From Lytechinus pictus (lineage: Eukaryota), in the NCBI RefSeq assembly GCF_037042905.1, contig NC_087248.1, positions 6,450,001-6,514,000 of the forward strand: a DNA stretch of 64,000 nt, written 5' to 3'. A program made the translations under genes and the position numbers. Shown here one piece after another: positions 24,801 to 37,066 of this stretch (the first letter of the stretch is position 1; each line of letters begins with the position of its first letter). The notes under the pieces are model-generated. The model had not been told where the DNA came from, made no database searches, and saw only the letters and a program-made list of their open reading frames with translations.

Positions 24801-27800
24801 GTCCGCTTTAAGTAACAGCAGTCATTTTAGAATAATTTTTTGGAAGTCAACATAGATTTTTGAAATACCAGGCCACTGACTGTCCTTGTAACTTGCCCTA
24901 ATGTATTAATTGACCCTTGAAACCAGTGGTTTAGACACCAAAATCACATCTCCCACGTCGATATGAAATGAGCTATGTCCGCTTTTAGTATTAGCAGCCA
25001 TTTCAGAATCATTTTTGGAATCTATCGCTGATTTTTGAACAACTGGCTTTCCTTGCATACATGTAACTTGCCCCAATGTATTATTTTACCTATTTAACCA
25101 TGGTATAGACATAAAAATCATATTTCTGGATATTGAATAAACTATGTAGGTTTTTTTAAGTAGCAACAGCAAAGTCCATTTTAATTATCAACAGCCATTT
25201 TAAGCTCCATTTTTTTTAATCCATCTTGGATTTTCGGACACCATCTTGGATTTTTTTTGGAACACCACCACGGGCTCTCCTTGTAACTTGTTCCAATTTA
25301 CTACTTCACCCTTAAAACCTTTGAATAAAAACCAAATTAAAGCCACTTAGATGAATTGTCGATTTTCAGCCTACGCCATCATTTTGGATTTGCCAGGTAC
25401 ACTGGAGGGCTTATAATTCACTCTAGCCTGTATCAACAATTTTTTTTACCCCCTAGACCATGGAATATGAATCGAAATAGGATTCTAGAGTGGATAATGA
25501 GTCAGTTGTATCCATTTTCAGTGAATGGCGGCCATCTTGGACGCCATCTTGAAAATAACCACTTTCCCGGATGCGGATTTTGGTCGATTTTTAGTATGTT
25601 ATTCCTGAGGTCAAATAGTACAAAGAGCCGTTGAAAAATCATTTGTTGCAATTTGTTCCGAGTAAGGGTATTTTTGGTCGTATATTGACCCGTCTACTGA
25701 TCTGACAAACGAGTGTGCGGCTGCATTCTCTAGCTCGTTTTCGCTTATCTGTGGATCATTAGATAGGAGTGCGGAACGGGCTTATATCGCCATTATGATA
25801 CGTATGGTGCTTATTATAATAACCATTCATGTCTGATGCGAAGTTCTCTTGAATTTGAACAGTATAAATACATTTTTTCCTACGGTGACACCAGGCGGAC
25901 ACCTTATACCACTGACCCACAATGTGTCCAAAGTGTGTCGGACACTTTAAAATGTGAACTCATCGCCACACTGTTGAATTTAAACATTTTAACACTATAA
26001 GTCACAAGTTCCCATTCCACTCGGGGTCCACTAACACCCGCACTGTATGGTGTCCACAATGTCAAATTACATTCATATTGTTTAAATTGGCCATTTTTTT
26101 TCACACAGTCACAGTAGGTGGTTTCAGACCGCCTCGAAGTTTGTCAGTTCCAGGTATTCTCTGATCTGGAAATTTACCCCGATCAGAAAATACCAGGTAT
26201 TTTGGTAATGTGAAAGCAAACTACGCGTAATTTCCCCGAAAGAAAATACCCGCTAAATAGTTGGTACTTGGCGAAATTACGAGAACTTTCGCAGGGATTT
26301 TTCCAAGTTCGCAGGTATTTTGGCAATGTGAAAGCAATTTACGGGAACTTTTAGCCCAGCGTGTCGTTGGGCGCGGGCGCCGTGGGTGGCTGCTGGGCTA
26401 GTGGTTTTGAATCTCGCGCCTTGCCTGCTTATTAGACCATACTGCGCATGCTCCTAACTTCAGGAATTTATTTCGAAGGGTATGTTTCGGGGCGGTGTGA
26501 ATGCAGGAATAATTAATTGGTATTTTTTAGCCTAAACATGTTCTCGTAATTTAACGGGGATTCTTGTGATCGAGGCGGTTTGAAACCACCTAGTGTGAAA
26601 ACGAGGGATAGTTGTGTTCTTCCAACATGGTGATGTCTTATCTTAATTTGATTTAGATTGGTGGTTCAACACGGGTTATATCATAGGGGGACCTGACAGA
26701 TGTGCGGCTCTCAACATAAACACCTACCCTTCTAAAATATACAAGCATTCATGTGAGAATGATACCAACGCTATTATGTGCGAAGGTAAGGAAATACACT
26801 TTTAAGTTACATAGACTTACATAATATTTATTTTCAAACCACTTTATTGAGACCAAGTTCTATGCAGGAGATGACGCCCTAGGGCCCTGGTTAACAACAG
26901 TGTTTCAATCACTAAACAGTCTACCCTGGGTATAAGGAAGACGAATAAAATTAAATAAATTAAACGCCGGAGTAAAATTGGGACCAAAATAAATGAAGTT
27001 ATGTAAGTAGGCCATGTTACAACCGATAATTGGGACCTTTCGCAAACCTCACGGACGCTAATATTAGGGTCCTCTAACACAAAAGTTGACGCTTAATCAT
27101 ACACTTGATTTTTAAGATTGATTGTACATTATAGTCAATTGAATCAAACGTAGAAAACTGCTCTACAATCAATGCTAAGCTTTGTGTTACAGGGGGTTAC
27201 AGGCCCTACAGTTCTGCTTTTCGTGTGCAAAATTCTTTCCCGCGACACCCGCACCATACATGCTAGTCTAGTTCTAGACGATTTTAAACGAATATATTTG
27301 CACCACGATATAATACGTTCTATTCCGTGCGTACGCCCAGCCGAGTGTGCGCGCAAAACCGAGAACCTGTACTCCGAGGAACGAATATATTTGCACCACG
27401 ATATAATACGTTCTATTCCGTGCGTACGCCCAGCCGAGTGTGCGCGCAAAACCGAGAACCTGTACTCCGAGGAAATCGGAGTACAGGTTCTCGGTTTTGC
27501 GCGCACACTTGGCTGGGCGTACGCACGGAATAGAACGTATTATATCGTGGTGCAAATATATTCGTTTAAAATCGTCTAGAACTAGACTACATTACATGCA
27601 TGTATTACGACTGATAGCCATCATCGTATGGATTATGACATATGGATAAGACAGTGGTTTTTCAAACAAATCGAGTACATATTGAGCGAGGAAAAAGTTA
27701 CTGAATTGAGGCTTAGATATAGATCATTACAGTCCATCGAATCGATTTTGCATTTAATGTGGATTATTGGTGGATCACTGGCAATTGATTCCATGGGTCA

Positions 27801-30800
27801 GATCACCTCTCCAGCCGAAACATTTCGTATGCGTTGATATGTACACAGCAGGCAGTAGGCCAAATTCGTCTGAACTTCAGTCGATTTTGCGGGTTTTTTT
27901 ACTCCTTCTACACAAACGATATGCCTCTAGCACACAATGTAATGGGCATTACGTTTTACTTTCCCCAGAAATGGGGGATTAGATTCAAATTCCCGGGGGG
28001 ACCACTTCCATTGATAAGTGGATACCAGGCGCGACCATGGGGTTTCGAAAATCACCCTAAACAAGGGAAGCAAGTCTTTTCCAGATTATGAAAATGCATC
28101 TCTTAACAAGTATTTAGCTTGTAAAACCCTACAAGTATTGGAAATATATCCCCCTTTTCAGTATTTTAAAGTACGTTACGTATAGGCCTATGTAACGTTA
28201 TAAAGATGTCAAAAACGATGATTAAAATACTGAAAAATGGGAAATATTTTCAATACTTGTATGGTTTCACAAGCCAAATAATTGTTAAAAGATGCATTTT
28301 CATAATCTGGAAAAGACTTGCTTCCCTTGTTTAGGGTATTTTTCGAAACCCCATGGTCGTGTCTGGTATCCACTCATCAATGGAAGTGGTCCCCCCGGAA
28401 TTCGAATCTAACCCCCATTTCTGGGGAAAGTAAAACATAACACCCTTTACATCGTGTGCTAGAGGCGTATCGTTTGTGTAGAAGGAGTGAACAAAAGAAA
28501 CAAAAGAAACCCGCATGCAAACGTATTGCATACGCTGTTTACATATGCGAAATGGGTTCGGCTAAAGAGTTGATCTGACTCATGGAATCAATTGCCAGTC
28601 ATCCACCAATAATCCACATTAAATGCAATATCGATTCGATGGACTGTAATGATCTATATCTAAGCCTTAATTTAGTAAGTTTTTCCTCACTCAATATGTA
28701 CTCGATTTGTTTGAAAAACCACTTTCTTATCCATATGTCATATTCTATTTTAGGTCCTGCATTTCGAATATCTCCAGCCATCAGTCGTAATACATGCATG
28801 ATGGCGCGCGGGTGTCGCGGGAAAGAATTTTGCACACGAAAAGCAGATCTGTAGGGCATGTAACCCCCCTGTAACACAAATCTTAGCATTGATTGTAGAG
28901 CAGTTTTCTACGTTTGATTCTATTGACTGTAATGTACAATCAATCTTAAAAATCAAGTGTATGATTAAGCGTCAACTTTTGTGTTAGGGGACCCTAATAT
29001 TAGCATCCGTGATGATTGCGAAAGGTGGCAATTATGCCAAGAGCGTCCGACGCATAATGTCGTAGTTTTTCTAACGCATAACGTCACATGTCGCAACGCA
29101 TAATGTCGCAGCAAATTTCTAACGCATAACGTCACATGTCGCAATGCATAATGTCGCAGCAAATTGTCAACACATAATGTCACATGTCGCAACGCATAAT
29201 GTCACAGCGGTATTTTCTTCAGGACTCGAGCTACAGATAAGATAGAAAATATGCTTTCACTAAGTATTTTGAGACACGAGAAAGAGAATTTAGTGATTTG
29301 GAAATCAGGATTACTCTTTGTATGGATATTTATCGGTTTATTGCCATTTTGTCTACTGCCTTTTTCCCCACTATCGCATGGTCTGATATAATTTCGTCTA
29401 CCATTAGTTAGTCAACTATAGTCAACTATCAACACAGTCCAATAACCATTTCGTCTAATTACCATCTCGTCTAATAGCCAGTTGGTCTAATAGCCGTTTT
29501 GTTTATTATCATTTAGTCTAATTGTATTTTTTTTCATTTGGTCCAATATCCACTTTGTCCAATATCATTACTTCTATACCTTTTGGTCTAATAGCCAATC
29601 GGTCTAATAACCACTTGGTCTACTCTCATTTCGTCCATGTTCCATTTGGTTTAACTTCAGTTGGTTCACTATCACTTTGTCTAAACCCATTTCGGCTAAC
29701 AATCATTTGGTATCGTTGCCATGGGTCCAATCACCAATAGGTCCAATCACCATCTCGTCCAATCATCATTTCATCCAATAGGCATATTCATTTCATCTTG
29801 TAACCATAATGGTCTACTGGCACAAGACCTCTACGGTGACTCTATGTATCATTGCCGACTTGTTGCAGTACTACTCCTGATTTGTGGTTCAGATCAGCTC
29901 GCGAGCGCAAAAAAACCCTTAACCATCCGCCCACAGGGCATAGGCGGATCCAGGGAAAGGCCCCCCCCCCCCCCCCCCCCCCGCATAAGAAAGGAAGGGG
30001 AACGAGAGAAAAGGGAAAATGAGGAAAAATAAGAGGAGACAGAAGAGTGAATAAAGTAGGGTGAGGTGAAGACTTGAAAAAAAATATTCATGTCTCAAAA
30101 GAGGCGCGATAGCTCAGTCGGTAAACAGCGGCGTAACAGGGGTCGGTGGCCAGGGGGGGCAAGAGCCAAAAATTTCCCGGTCATATCATGGAACAGGCAA
30201 TGGCGTCATAAGGCAAAAATTTTGAGGGGGTGATATGGCGTATCGGGCATATGTATATATATATACATACATATGATTATTTTATGTCTTTTTTATGTAA
30301 TATATTGTAACTTTTTATATTTGTATTGTTTATTATCTATGTATGTATTCAATTGTAATTATATTGCATGTTTTTTACTCAATATGTGGAAAATAAAATT
30401 GAATTGAAATTGAATTGAATATATATAAGCGAGCGAGCGAAGCGAGCGAGCAAAATTTTTTGACATTTTTATTGCAAAAATCCAATTTTGTGATATATTT
30501 TGACATAATGTTAAAAAGATGATATCATATTTCACCCTCCTCTCTTTATTTCTCTCTTTTTTTGTACGCCACGGTGAACAGGATTTTTGTTATGATTGTG
30601 AGCATCAGGGCGAAGCTCTATATGCTCGAGGGGGCCGAGTATGGCGCTTCCGGCAAGAAGTAGCTTAATATAGGTCCCGAGCGAGCGAAGCGAGCGAGAT
30701 TAAAAAATAACCTTTTCATGAGAATCTAACATGAAGATAGATTTTAACGTGATATTCAGAAAAATTTAATACACTTTCCTTTCTTTCCTCATTTGTTTTT

Positions 30801-33087
30801 GTTTGGTTGTAGATCTTTTGAGGGCCAAGGTCGAAACTCATCCATATAATTGTGCTTTATGGGTGGGGTCCAGGGCAGAGCCCCGGAACCTCTTGATATC
30901 AAAGCCATTTTGAACCTTACAGATGGCCACTTATTTTAATCAAATTGCGTGTATATTTATATAGCTTTAACACAACACATAAATTCAATGCACTTGTGTA
31001 TCGTAATCATCCAAATATTGTGAGGGGCACACCATAGCAAATGTGTGAAAATTTGTAAAAAGTCGCAAGCGAGCGAAGCGAGCCAGAAAAAAAAGTGGCC
31101 TGTTAAAATGAAATTCTAATTATGTGATAGATTTTTACATCATTATAGCAAATATCATGTCATATATTTTTTTTCATTTATCTCATTTCGCTGCCTCCTT
31201 TATTTTCTTTTAGTTCCCCTTGGCTGTGGAACCACCCCCCTGTACGCCAATGCTTCAACGTAAAGCTTAATGCAGGAATGGTCCATATAGGGGCCCGTTA
31301 TAGAACCCATTAAATGTTACAGATGAAGAGCCCCCACTGCACGGGGTCTTGACTCTTGGACAGAGCCTTTGGAGATTTAGCAAGTTTATGATAGACTTTC
31401 ATACGACATTATGCTATATGCCATCCATTTTTCTTCCCGCTCGTTATCTCAATCCTCGGCAGCCCGGTAGTGTATGTTATCTTGTCCCTATTCTTTAATT
31501 TCCAATTTAGATTTTGGCTAATTCCATTCTGCATTTATTTCCCGCTTTTGTTTGCCTTTTTGTCATCTTTAATTTATTTCCCTGTCTTACTAATCATGCT
31601 AATGTATTTGTATATCGGGGCGAATTGTTCTTTCTCACTTGTTCTTTTTTCCTTCCTTTTCCCGTTATCTTTCCGTTTTCCCTTTTTTATGTTTTTTCTT
31701 AGTTTTCTTTTCCCTTTTCCTTTCCCTTTCCCCTTTTTTCTTTCCTTTCCCTTTCACTTTCTCCCCCCCTTTTTTTTTTATTTTTCCCGTTTTATTTTTT
31801 ATTTTCCCGGTGAGCTCCGCCAGGGGGGGCAGCTTGCCCCCCCTGCCCCCCCGCCTGTTACGCCACTGTCGGTAAAGCGGGGGTTTCTGATTCCGGTGAT
31901 GTGGATTTGATTCCTAATTGGTGCGTTAGTGCCCCTTGGTAAGGCATAATAGTCATTATGCCTACCAGGTCCCTTGGAGAGGACCTTAAGCCGTCGGTCC
32001 TTGCTTACAAGCATTCATGCTTTCTTAGCAACCAGGTAAAAAAATCACCATATAATTATAGGCTAAAATTTTCGCGCTCGCATCCACATCCACTTCAGAA
32101 TTTTCATGCATATATAGTGCTTGAAAAAGTGCTTAAATTTTCCCCTTTTCGGACTGGAATGTCCGACATTATCGGTTGTAACAGGCCGTATCTGAAAGGC
32201 GTGATATTGACAAGATCATGTTAACTCTTTGTCAGATGCAGGTCGTGTAAAATCAGTTACAATCGATTGTCAAATTCCATGTAACATTACGTATGTGGCA
32301 CACCCTTAAAAAACAGTTTCAATCTATCGGAGAATCTTTGAAAATATTCAAAAATGTTTGACCATCATCATCGCATGTAGAGTAGAACAGTACTTGAATA
32401 CAATAATTGATCGCAATAACAAAAAAAATGAATAAATGAATAAACCCTCGGCACAACAGTTACACGCTAATTTTCACAGTAGCTGCAGCATCTTTTTGGG
32501 TGCCATCGTGCCTCCCGCGTGTAAAAATGTGAAAAGGTGCACCCTATATAGTGCAAAGACTAGAGTATAGCTACATGCACAGATAAATATTTAAAAAGGG
32601 TTTCTCAGAGTGAAAATAGTGCCCAGTGTGACATTTTTATTGAACAAAATTCGACAATCACAGTAAATAGGCCTAGACAAATTCAAAACAGCTCTTAAAA
32701 TTTACTTATTCAAAATATACCTCTTTTTTTTTTCTTTTCTTTATTATAATCAATTTAGATGGTCCAGTGCAGGGAATTGATGACTTGGTTACAACCACCA
32801 GTGCCACCACCACCAGTGCCACCACCACCACCACCCCGATCGAATGGACCTCCTCCATGATCCCTTGCACAGCCCATCACGTCTCTTCCACTTGTCCTGA
32901 GATCTACGGACGATATGGGATGCGTTTCCCGGCAATCCACGTATATTTTGCCGACCGTGATAACATAAAAATGAGTGAGGTATGCAACAAAATGAGAGGC
33001 ATCCAACTAGCATCGGCGATTCTTTCTCGACAAAATGGTCGCTTTCAGAAGATCGTTGTGTCTTGGAGAGCCACATCATACATGTAG
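18829..33087 (+). CDS. CTLD gene 3: secreted C-type lectin domain + short Thr stalk + same C-terminal module as gene 2; join(18829..18886,21681..21977,26657..26785,32759..33087), ~270 aa
   Basis: Same four-exon phase-1 layout, 813 nt in frame. Introns of 2.8, 4.7 and 6.0 kb are filled with transposons. Confidence 0.85.
18918..19191. mobile_element. hAT-like MITE (CAGTGG..CCACTG) just after gene 3 exon 1
   Basis: Terminal cagtggcg / caccactg; TSD degenerate. Confidence 0.6.
20084..20691. mobile_element. Kolobok-like MITE; partial relatives at ~19615-19850, ~21020-21620 and ~39230-39745
   Basis: TTAA|agggatggtccaggctg ... cagcctggaccatccct|TTAC, with long imperfect TIRs. Confidence 0.8.
21681..21977 (+). 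CDS. Gene 3 exon 2 (CTLD N-terminal part; alternative in-frame acceptor at 21675)
   Basis: EVNCTYPWVNMYGSSCY...LWIGCTNNGNDDSFYCADGTEIGINS; donor G|GTGAGT. Confidence 0.92.
22494..25696. mobile_element. 3.2-kb foldback element, CTG target duplication (PIF/Harbinger-like), inverted arrays of ~170-180-bp subrepeats
   Basis: CTG|tagacgggtcaatata ... tatattgacccgtcta|CTG; several hundred bp of inverted arms; aaaatccaagatggc repeats on the left mirror gccatcttgga on the right; no transposase ORF. Confidence 0.85.
26117..26590. mobile_element. MITE ending 66 bp before gene 3 exon 3
   Basis: TA|ggtggtttcagaccgcctcga ... tcgaggcggtttgaaaccacc|TA. Confidence 0.85.
26657..26785 (+). CDS. Gene 3 exon 3 (CTLD C-terminal part; absent from the ORF track)
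   Basis: Acceptor tttag; WWFNTGYIIGGPDRCAALNINTYPSKIYKHSCENDTNAIMCE; donor G|GTAAGG; clearly paralogous to gene 2 exon 3. Confidence 0.9.
27036..29025. repeat. ~2-kb composite inverted duplication, centre ~28170-28221
   Basis: The arms align end to end as reverse complements (cctttcgcaa..taatattagggtcc vs ggaccctaatatta..ttgcgaaagg). Confidence 0.9.
27264..27589. mobile_element. Near-perfect hairpin element with ~9-bp target duplication and a 93-bp internal tandem duplication
   Basis: catacatgc|tagtctagttctagacg ... cgtctagaactagacta|cattacatgc; 5-nt loop at 27471-27475. Confidence 0.9.
29050..29207. repeat. ~48-bp minisatellite, about 3 copies
   Basis: acgcataatgtcgcagcaaatttctaacgcataacgtcacatgtcgca repeated. 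Confidence 0.8.
30101..32049 (+). mobile_element. tRNA-derived SINE split by a hAT insertion (30101-30125 + 31869-32049)
   Basis: Rejoined it reads gcgcgatagctcagtcggtaaagcggggg..gatttgattcc (A/B-box-like) followed by the SINE body. Confidence 0.75.
30126..31868. mobile_element. Non-autonomous hAT element, 1743 bp
   Basis: 8-bp TSD TCGGTAAA; TIRs cagcggcgtaacagg / cctgttacgccactg. Confidence 0.9.
32759..33087 (+). CDS. Gene 3 exon 4 (Thr run + C-terminal module)
   Basis: Long polypyrimidine tract and tttag acceptor; in frame with ORF 32767..33087; ungapped match to the gene 2 C-terminus. Confidence 0.85.
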
Positions 33088-34380
33088 AGTGTTGATGTTT
33101 CGTCGACAGTCCTGGCACTACAGTAACTTGAAGTCCACTGTCAATAGGAAGTTTTCGCTCCGCGAACGACGACGGATTCAAGAACATAGAAAATATATTG
33201 CCAAATGCCTTTCATGACAATGAACAAACAAGAATTTTTGACATCGGTTAATCAAAACAGCAGTTTCACACCGGACTAAACAACATAGGTATTCGCAATT
33301 GTTCATCAGCTTCGTACCTATAAGACGAAACTGCTGTTCCGGAGAGTTCACAAATTTTCGACAAAGACCTCCCAGCTGTTCTTTGTCATTATTTGTGACG
33401 GGCATTTTCAATACATAGTGTTCTGGAATCCGTCGTGCATTGTGGGGTGAAAACTCCATGAAGTTTTGGGAGAACAGGAAAAATCCTAAAACATGTATGG
33501 CTTTCGTCGCTCGTCTGAGTTTTCGACCCGATATCTATCAAATTTGTAAATTAGATTTTTTTTTCATAGTTGCCGCAAGACGGATGAGTGACGTTTTTAT
33601 AGTTTTTTAATAGTGTCCGTTCTTACATCGGAATCAAGTCCATCTGAGATATATAGATTTCTCCTTTTTACTGAAGTGGATTCCTCTATTCATACCTCTC
33701 ATGTCATTTTCCGTAGCTGTAAAACAATGGAAGAATTTATAATCATTATTAGACTTCAGTGATGAAATTAATGGTCAAATCGATGAACACAACTTCTACA
33801 TATTGATGCTTTAGATTCGTCTACGAATTTCAGTCTTTCGTTGATGTCTTTATAGTATGCGTGGAATTGTTGTTATTATCAGTTGTAATGGTTGTTTACC
33901 ATTTAAATTTCTGTATAAAATTTTTAGCTGCAACGACTAATAATTTGATAGGTTTTATAGTAATTTAGAGAGCACTTTTAGTCGTTTTTACCACTTGCAA
34001 CAAGTTATAGACTCGTGAAAGTCGAATGTTTTGATCCCCGGCCACGGTACCTCTCCACGTGAGCAAGGTTACTCGACTCTACGTGCTCTTTTATCGTAAA
34101 TTTAAAGGGAATATTGCAAAGCGTTATCTAAAACAGACTTATAGCAATGTAAATTGCTAACGATCGGATGTAAATTATGAAGATGTGAGAGATAAATTAA
34201 TGAGTTAATGAATCCTTTTGTCATATTGTATTTGCCCCTGAAAATATTTTCACTCATTTATTTAATAAAATGTATCTCTTTTTTCTCAAAGGTAACGTAA
34301 AAATTGTGTATAAAATTATATAGTGTTGCTCAGTGGTTTAAATAATTTATACCGTCGTCAATACCACGAATACGGTCAAG

Positions 34381-34652
34381 ATCTATCTATCTATCTACTA
34401 GTATCTATCTATCTATCTATATATCTATCTACTAGTATCTATCTATCTATCTACTAGTATATATCTATCTATCTATCTATCTATATATCTACTAGTATCT
34501 ATCTATATATCTATCTATCTATATATCTACAAGTATCTATCTATCTATCTACTAGTATCTATCTATTTATCTATCCTATCTATCTATCTACTAGTATCTA
34601 TCTATCTATTTATTCATCTATCTATCTATATATCTACTAGTATCTATCCATC

Positions 34653-34699
<47 letters not shown>

Positions 34700-34968
34700 T
34701 TATCTAACTATATATCTATGTATCTATCTATCTACTAGTATCTATCTATCTATCTACTAGTATATATCTATCTATCTATATATCTATCTACTAGTATCTA
34801 TCTATCTATCTATATACTAGTATCTATCTATCTATCTACTAGTATATATCTATCTATCTATATATCTATCTACCTATCTATATACTAGTATCTATCTATC
34901 TATCTACTAGTATCTATCTATCTATTTATTCATCTATCTATCTATATATCTACTAGTATCTATCCATC

Positions 34969-35015
<47 letters not shown>

Positions 35016-35407
35016 TTATCTAACTATATATCTATGTATCTATCTATCTACTAGTATCTATCTATCTATCTACTAGTATATATCTATCTATCTATCTACT
35101 AGTATCTATCTATCTATCTATATATCTATCTACTAGTATCTATCTATCTATCTATATACTAGTATCTATCTATCTATCTATCTATCTATATATCTACTAG
35201 TATCTATCTATATCTACTAGTATCTATCTATCTATCTATTTATCTATCTATCTATATATCTACTAGTATCTATCTATCCATCTATCTATATATCTATTTA
35301 TCTATCTATATATCTATCTATCTATCCATCTATTTATTTATCCATCTATTTATCTATCTATCTATCAATATATCTATCTATCTATCTATCTATCTATTTA
35401 TCTATCC

Positions 35408-35438
<31 letters not shown>

Positions 35439-35739
35439 CTACTAGTATCTATCTATCTATCTACTAGTATCTATCTATCTATATTATCTACTAGTATCTA
35501 TCTATCTATCTATCTATCTATATATCTACTAGTATCTATCTATATCTACTAGTATCTATCTATCTATCTATTTATCTATCTATCTATATATCTACTAGTA
35601 TATATCTATCCATCTATCTATATATCTATTTATCTATCTATATATCTATCTATCTATCCATCTATTTATTTATCCATCTATTTATCTATCTATCTATCAA
35701 TATATCTATCTATCTATCTATCTATCTATTTATCTATCC

Positions 35740-35770
<31 letters not shown>

Positions 35771-35824
35771 CTACTAGTATATATCTATTTATCTATAGTA
35801 TCTATCTATCTATATATCTACTAG

Positions 35825-35903
<79 letters not shown>

Positions 35904-35928
35904 CTACTATAGTATCTATCTATCCATC

Positions 35929-35959
<31 letters not shown>

Positions 35960-36192
35960 TTATTTATCTATCTATCTATCCATCTATTTATCTATCTATC
36001 TATCCATCTATTTATCTATCTATCTATCTATCTATATCTATTTATCTATCTATCTATCTACTAGTATCTATCTATCTATCTATCTATCTACTAGTATCTA
36101 TCTATCTATATATCTATCTATCTATATATCTATCTATCTATCTACTAGTATCTATCTATCTATCTATCTACTAGTATATATCTATCTATCTA
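34381..36192. repeat. (ATCT)n / GATA satellite, ~1.8 kb, with recurring ACTAGT variants
   Basis: Read directly from the sequence. Confidence 0.97.
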
Positions 36193-36829
36193 TTATTTAG
36201 TCATTGAAGTCATATATCAAGACATCAAAAACACTACATGTCCATTGCACAAGCACAGTATCTATAAAACGTGGTAAATTGAAGATGGCCACCAACCTGT
36301 TTATAGTGGTCACCTGTCTATATTTCCCCTTCGGTGGCCACTCTACACAGGTTTGACTGTTTATATATTCCGCTTTCTTATGATTTCAATGCACATCTTT
36401 GACGTCGTTAATTGTTTTATTAATTGTATTTTAGCTGTGTTTGTAAATTATATTACTTTACTTCATAGGTTTAGGTGTAGGTGTAGGTTTAGGTTTTCTT
36501 AGGTTCGGAGTATTTCATTTCATGTCTATTTCGAACAATAAAATATGGATTTTTATCATTTTTTTTCCATCAGGATCATATTTCAATTTGCTGCATTTTT
36601 ACAGTTGATATGATTCTGTTATGTTCTACTTTAAAATCAGCTTTGACAATAAATGAAAATAGAAATAAAATCGTCTTATTTTGATTATTCATAATTTGCT
36701 CACTTCACATGCTTATATAAATAATAGCCAGCCCAGGGAGTCTGGTGTATGAATTTTATGAAATGATTGTGGGAAGGGGGGGTGCATGGCCCTGGAAAGC
36801 GGGGGTGCTGCTGATTATTCTCCATATAA

Positions 36830-37066
36830 CGCTGTAAAAACTGTGGTGTTAAAACTGACACCAGTTGGTGTTAATAGAGGACCACACCCCGATGTGTTAA
36901 AATTACACCCTAGAGATTGAACATAACACCAAAGAGTGTAAATGTAACAACCAAAGGTGTTGTAATAACACCAATAGGTGTTAAACTAACACCATCAATT
37001 TAACACCGGAGTAAAATAACTGGTGTGGTCCTCTATGTACACCGGTTAACACCACAGTTTTTGCTG
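36830..37066. mobile_element. TA-site MITE related to 7854-8082, nested in a copy of the 12.1-kb element
   Basis: aaaaactgtggtgttaa ... ttaacaccacagttttt; the uninterrupted host site is visible at ~12183-12205. Confidence 0.75.

Noticed and set aside
27144..27579. Overlapping ORFs on both strands with repeated peptides
   Set aside because: Artefacts of the hairpin element and its 93-bp duplication.
31470..31910. Phe-rich membrane-protein-like ORF (also 39772-40236)
   Set aside because: Derived from pyrimidine tracts inside hAT elements.
2059..33087. Naming the lectins as spicule matrix proteins (SM30/SM50), echinoidin or REJ
   Set aside because: Domain architecture and stalk composition do not match well enough, and I cannot run a search; no symbol assigned.
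32789..33459. Minus-strand ORFs as the true source of the conserved module
   Set aside because: Minus-frame peptides are not conserved with the gene 2 region, whereas the + frame is.
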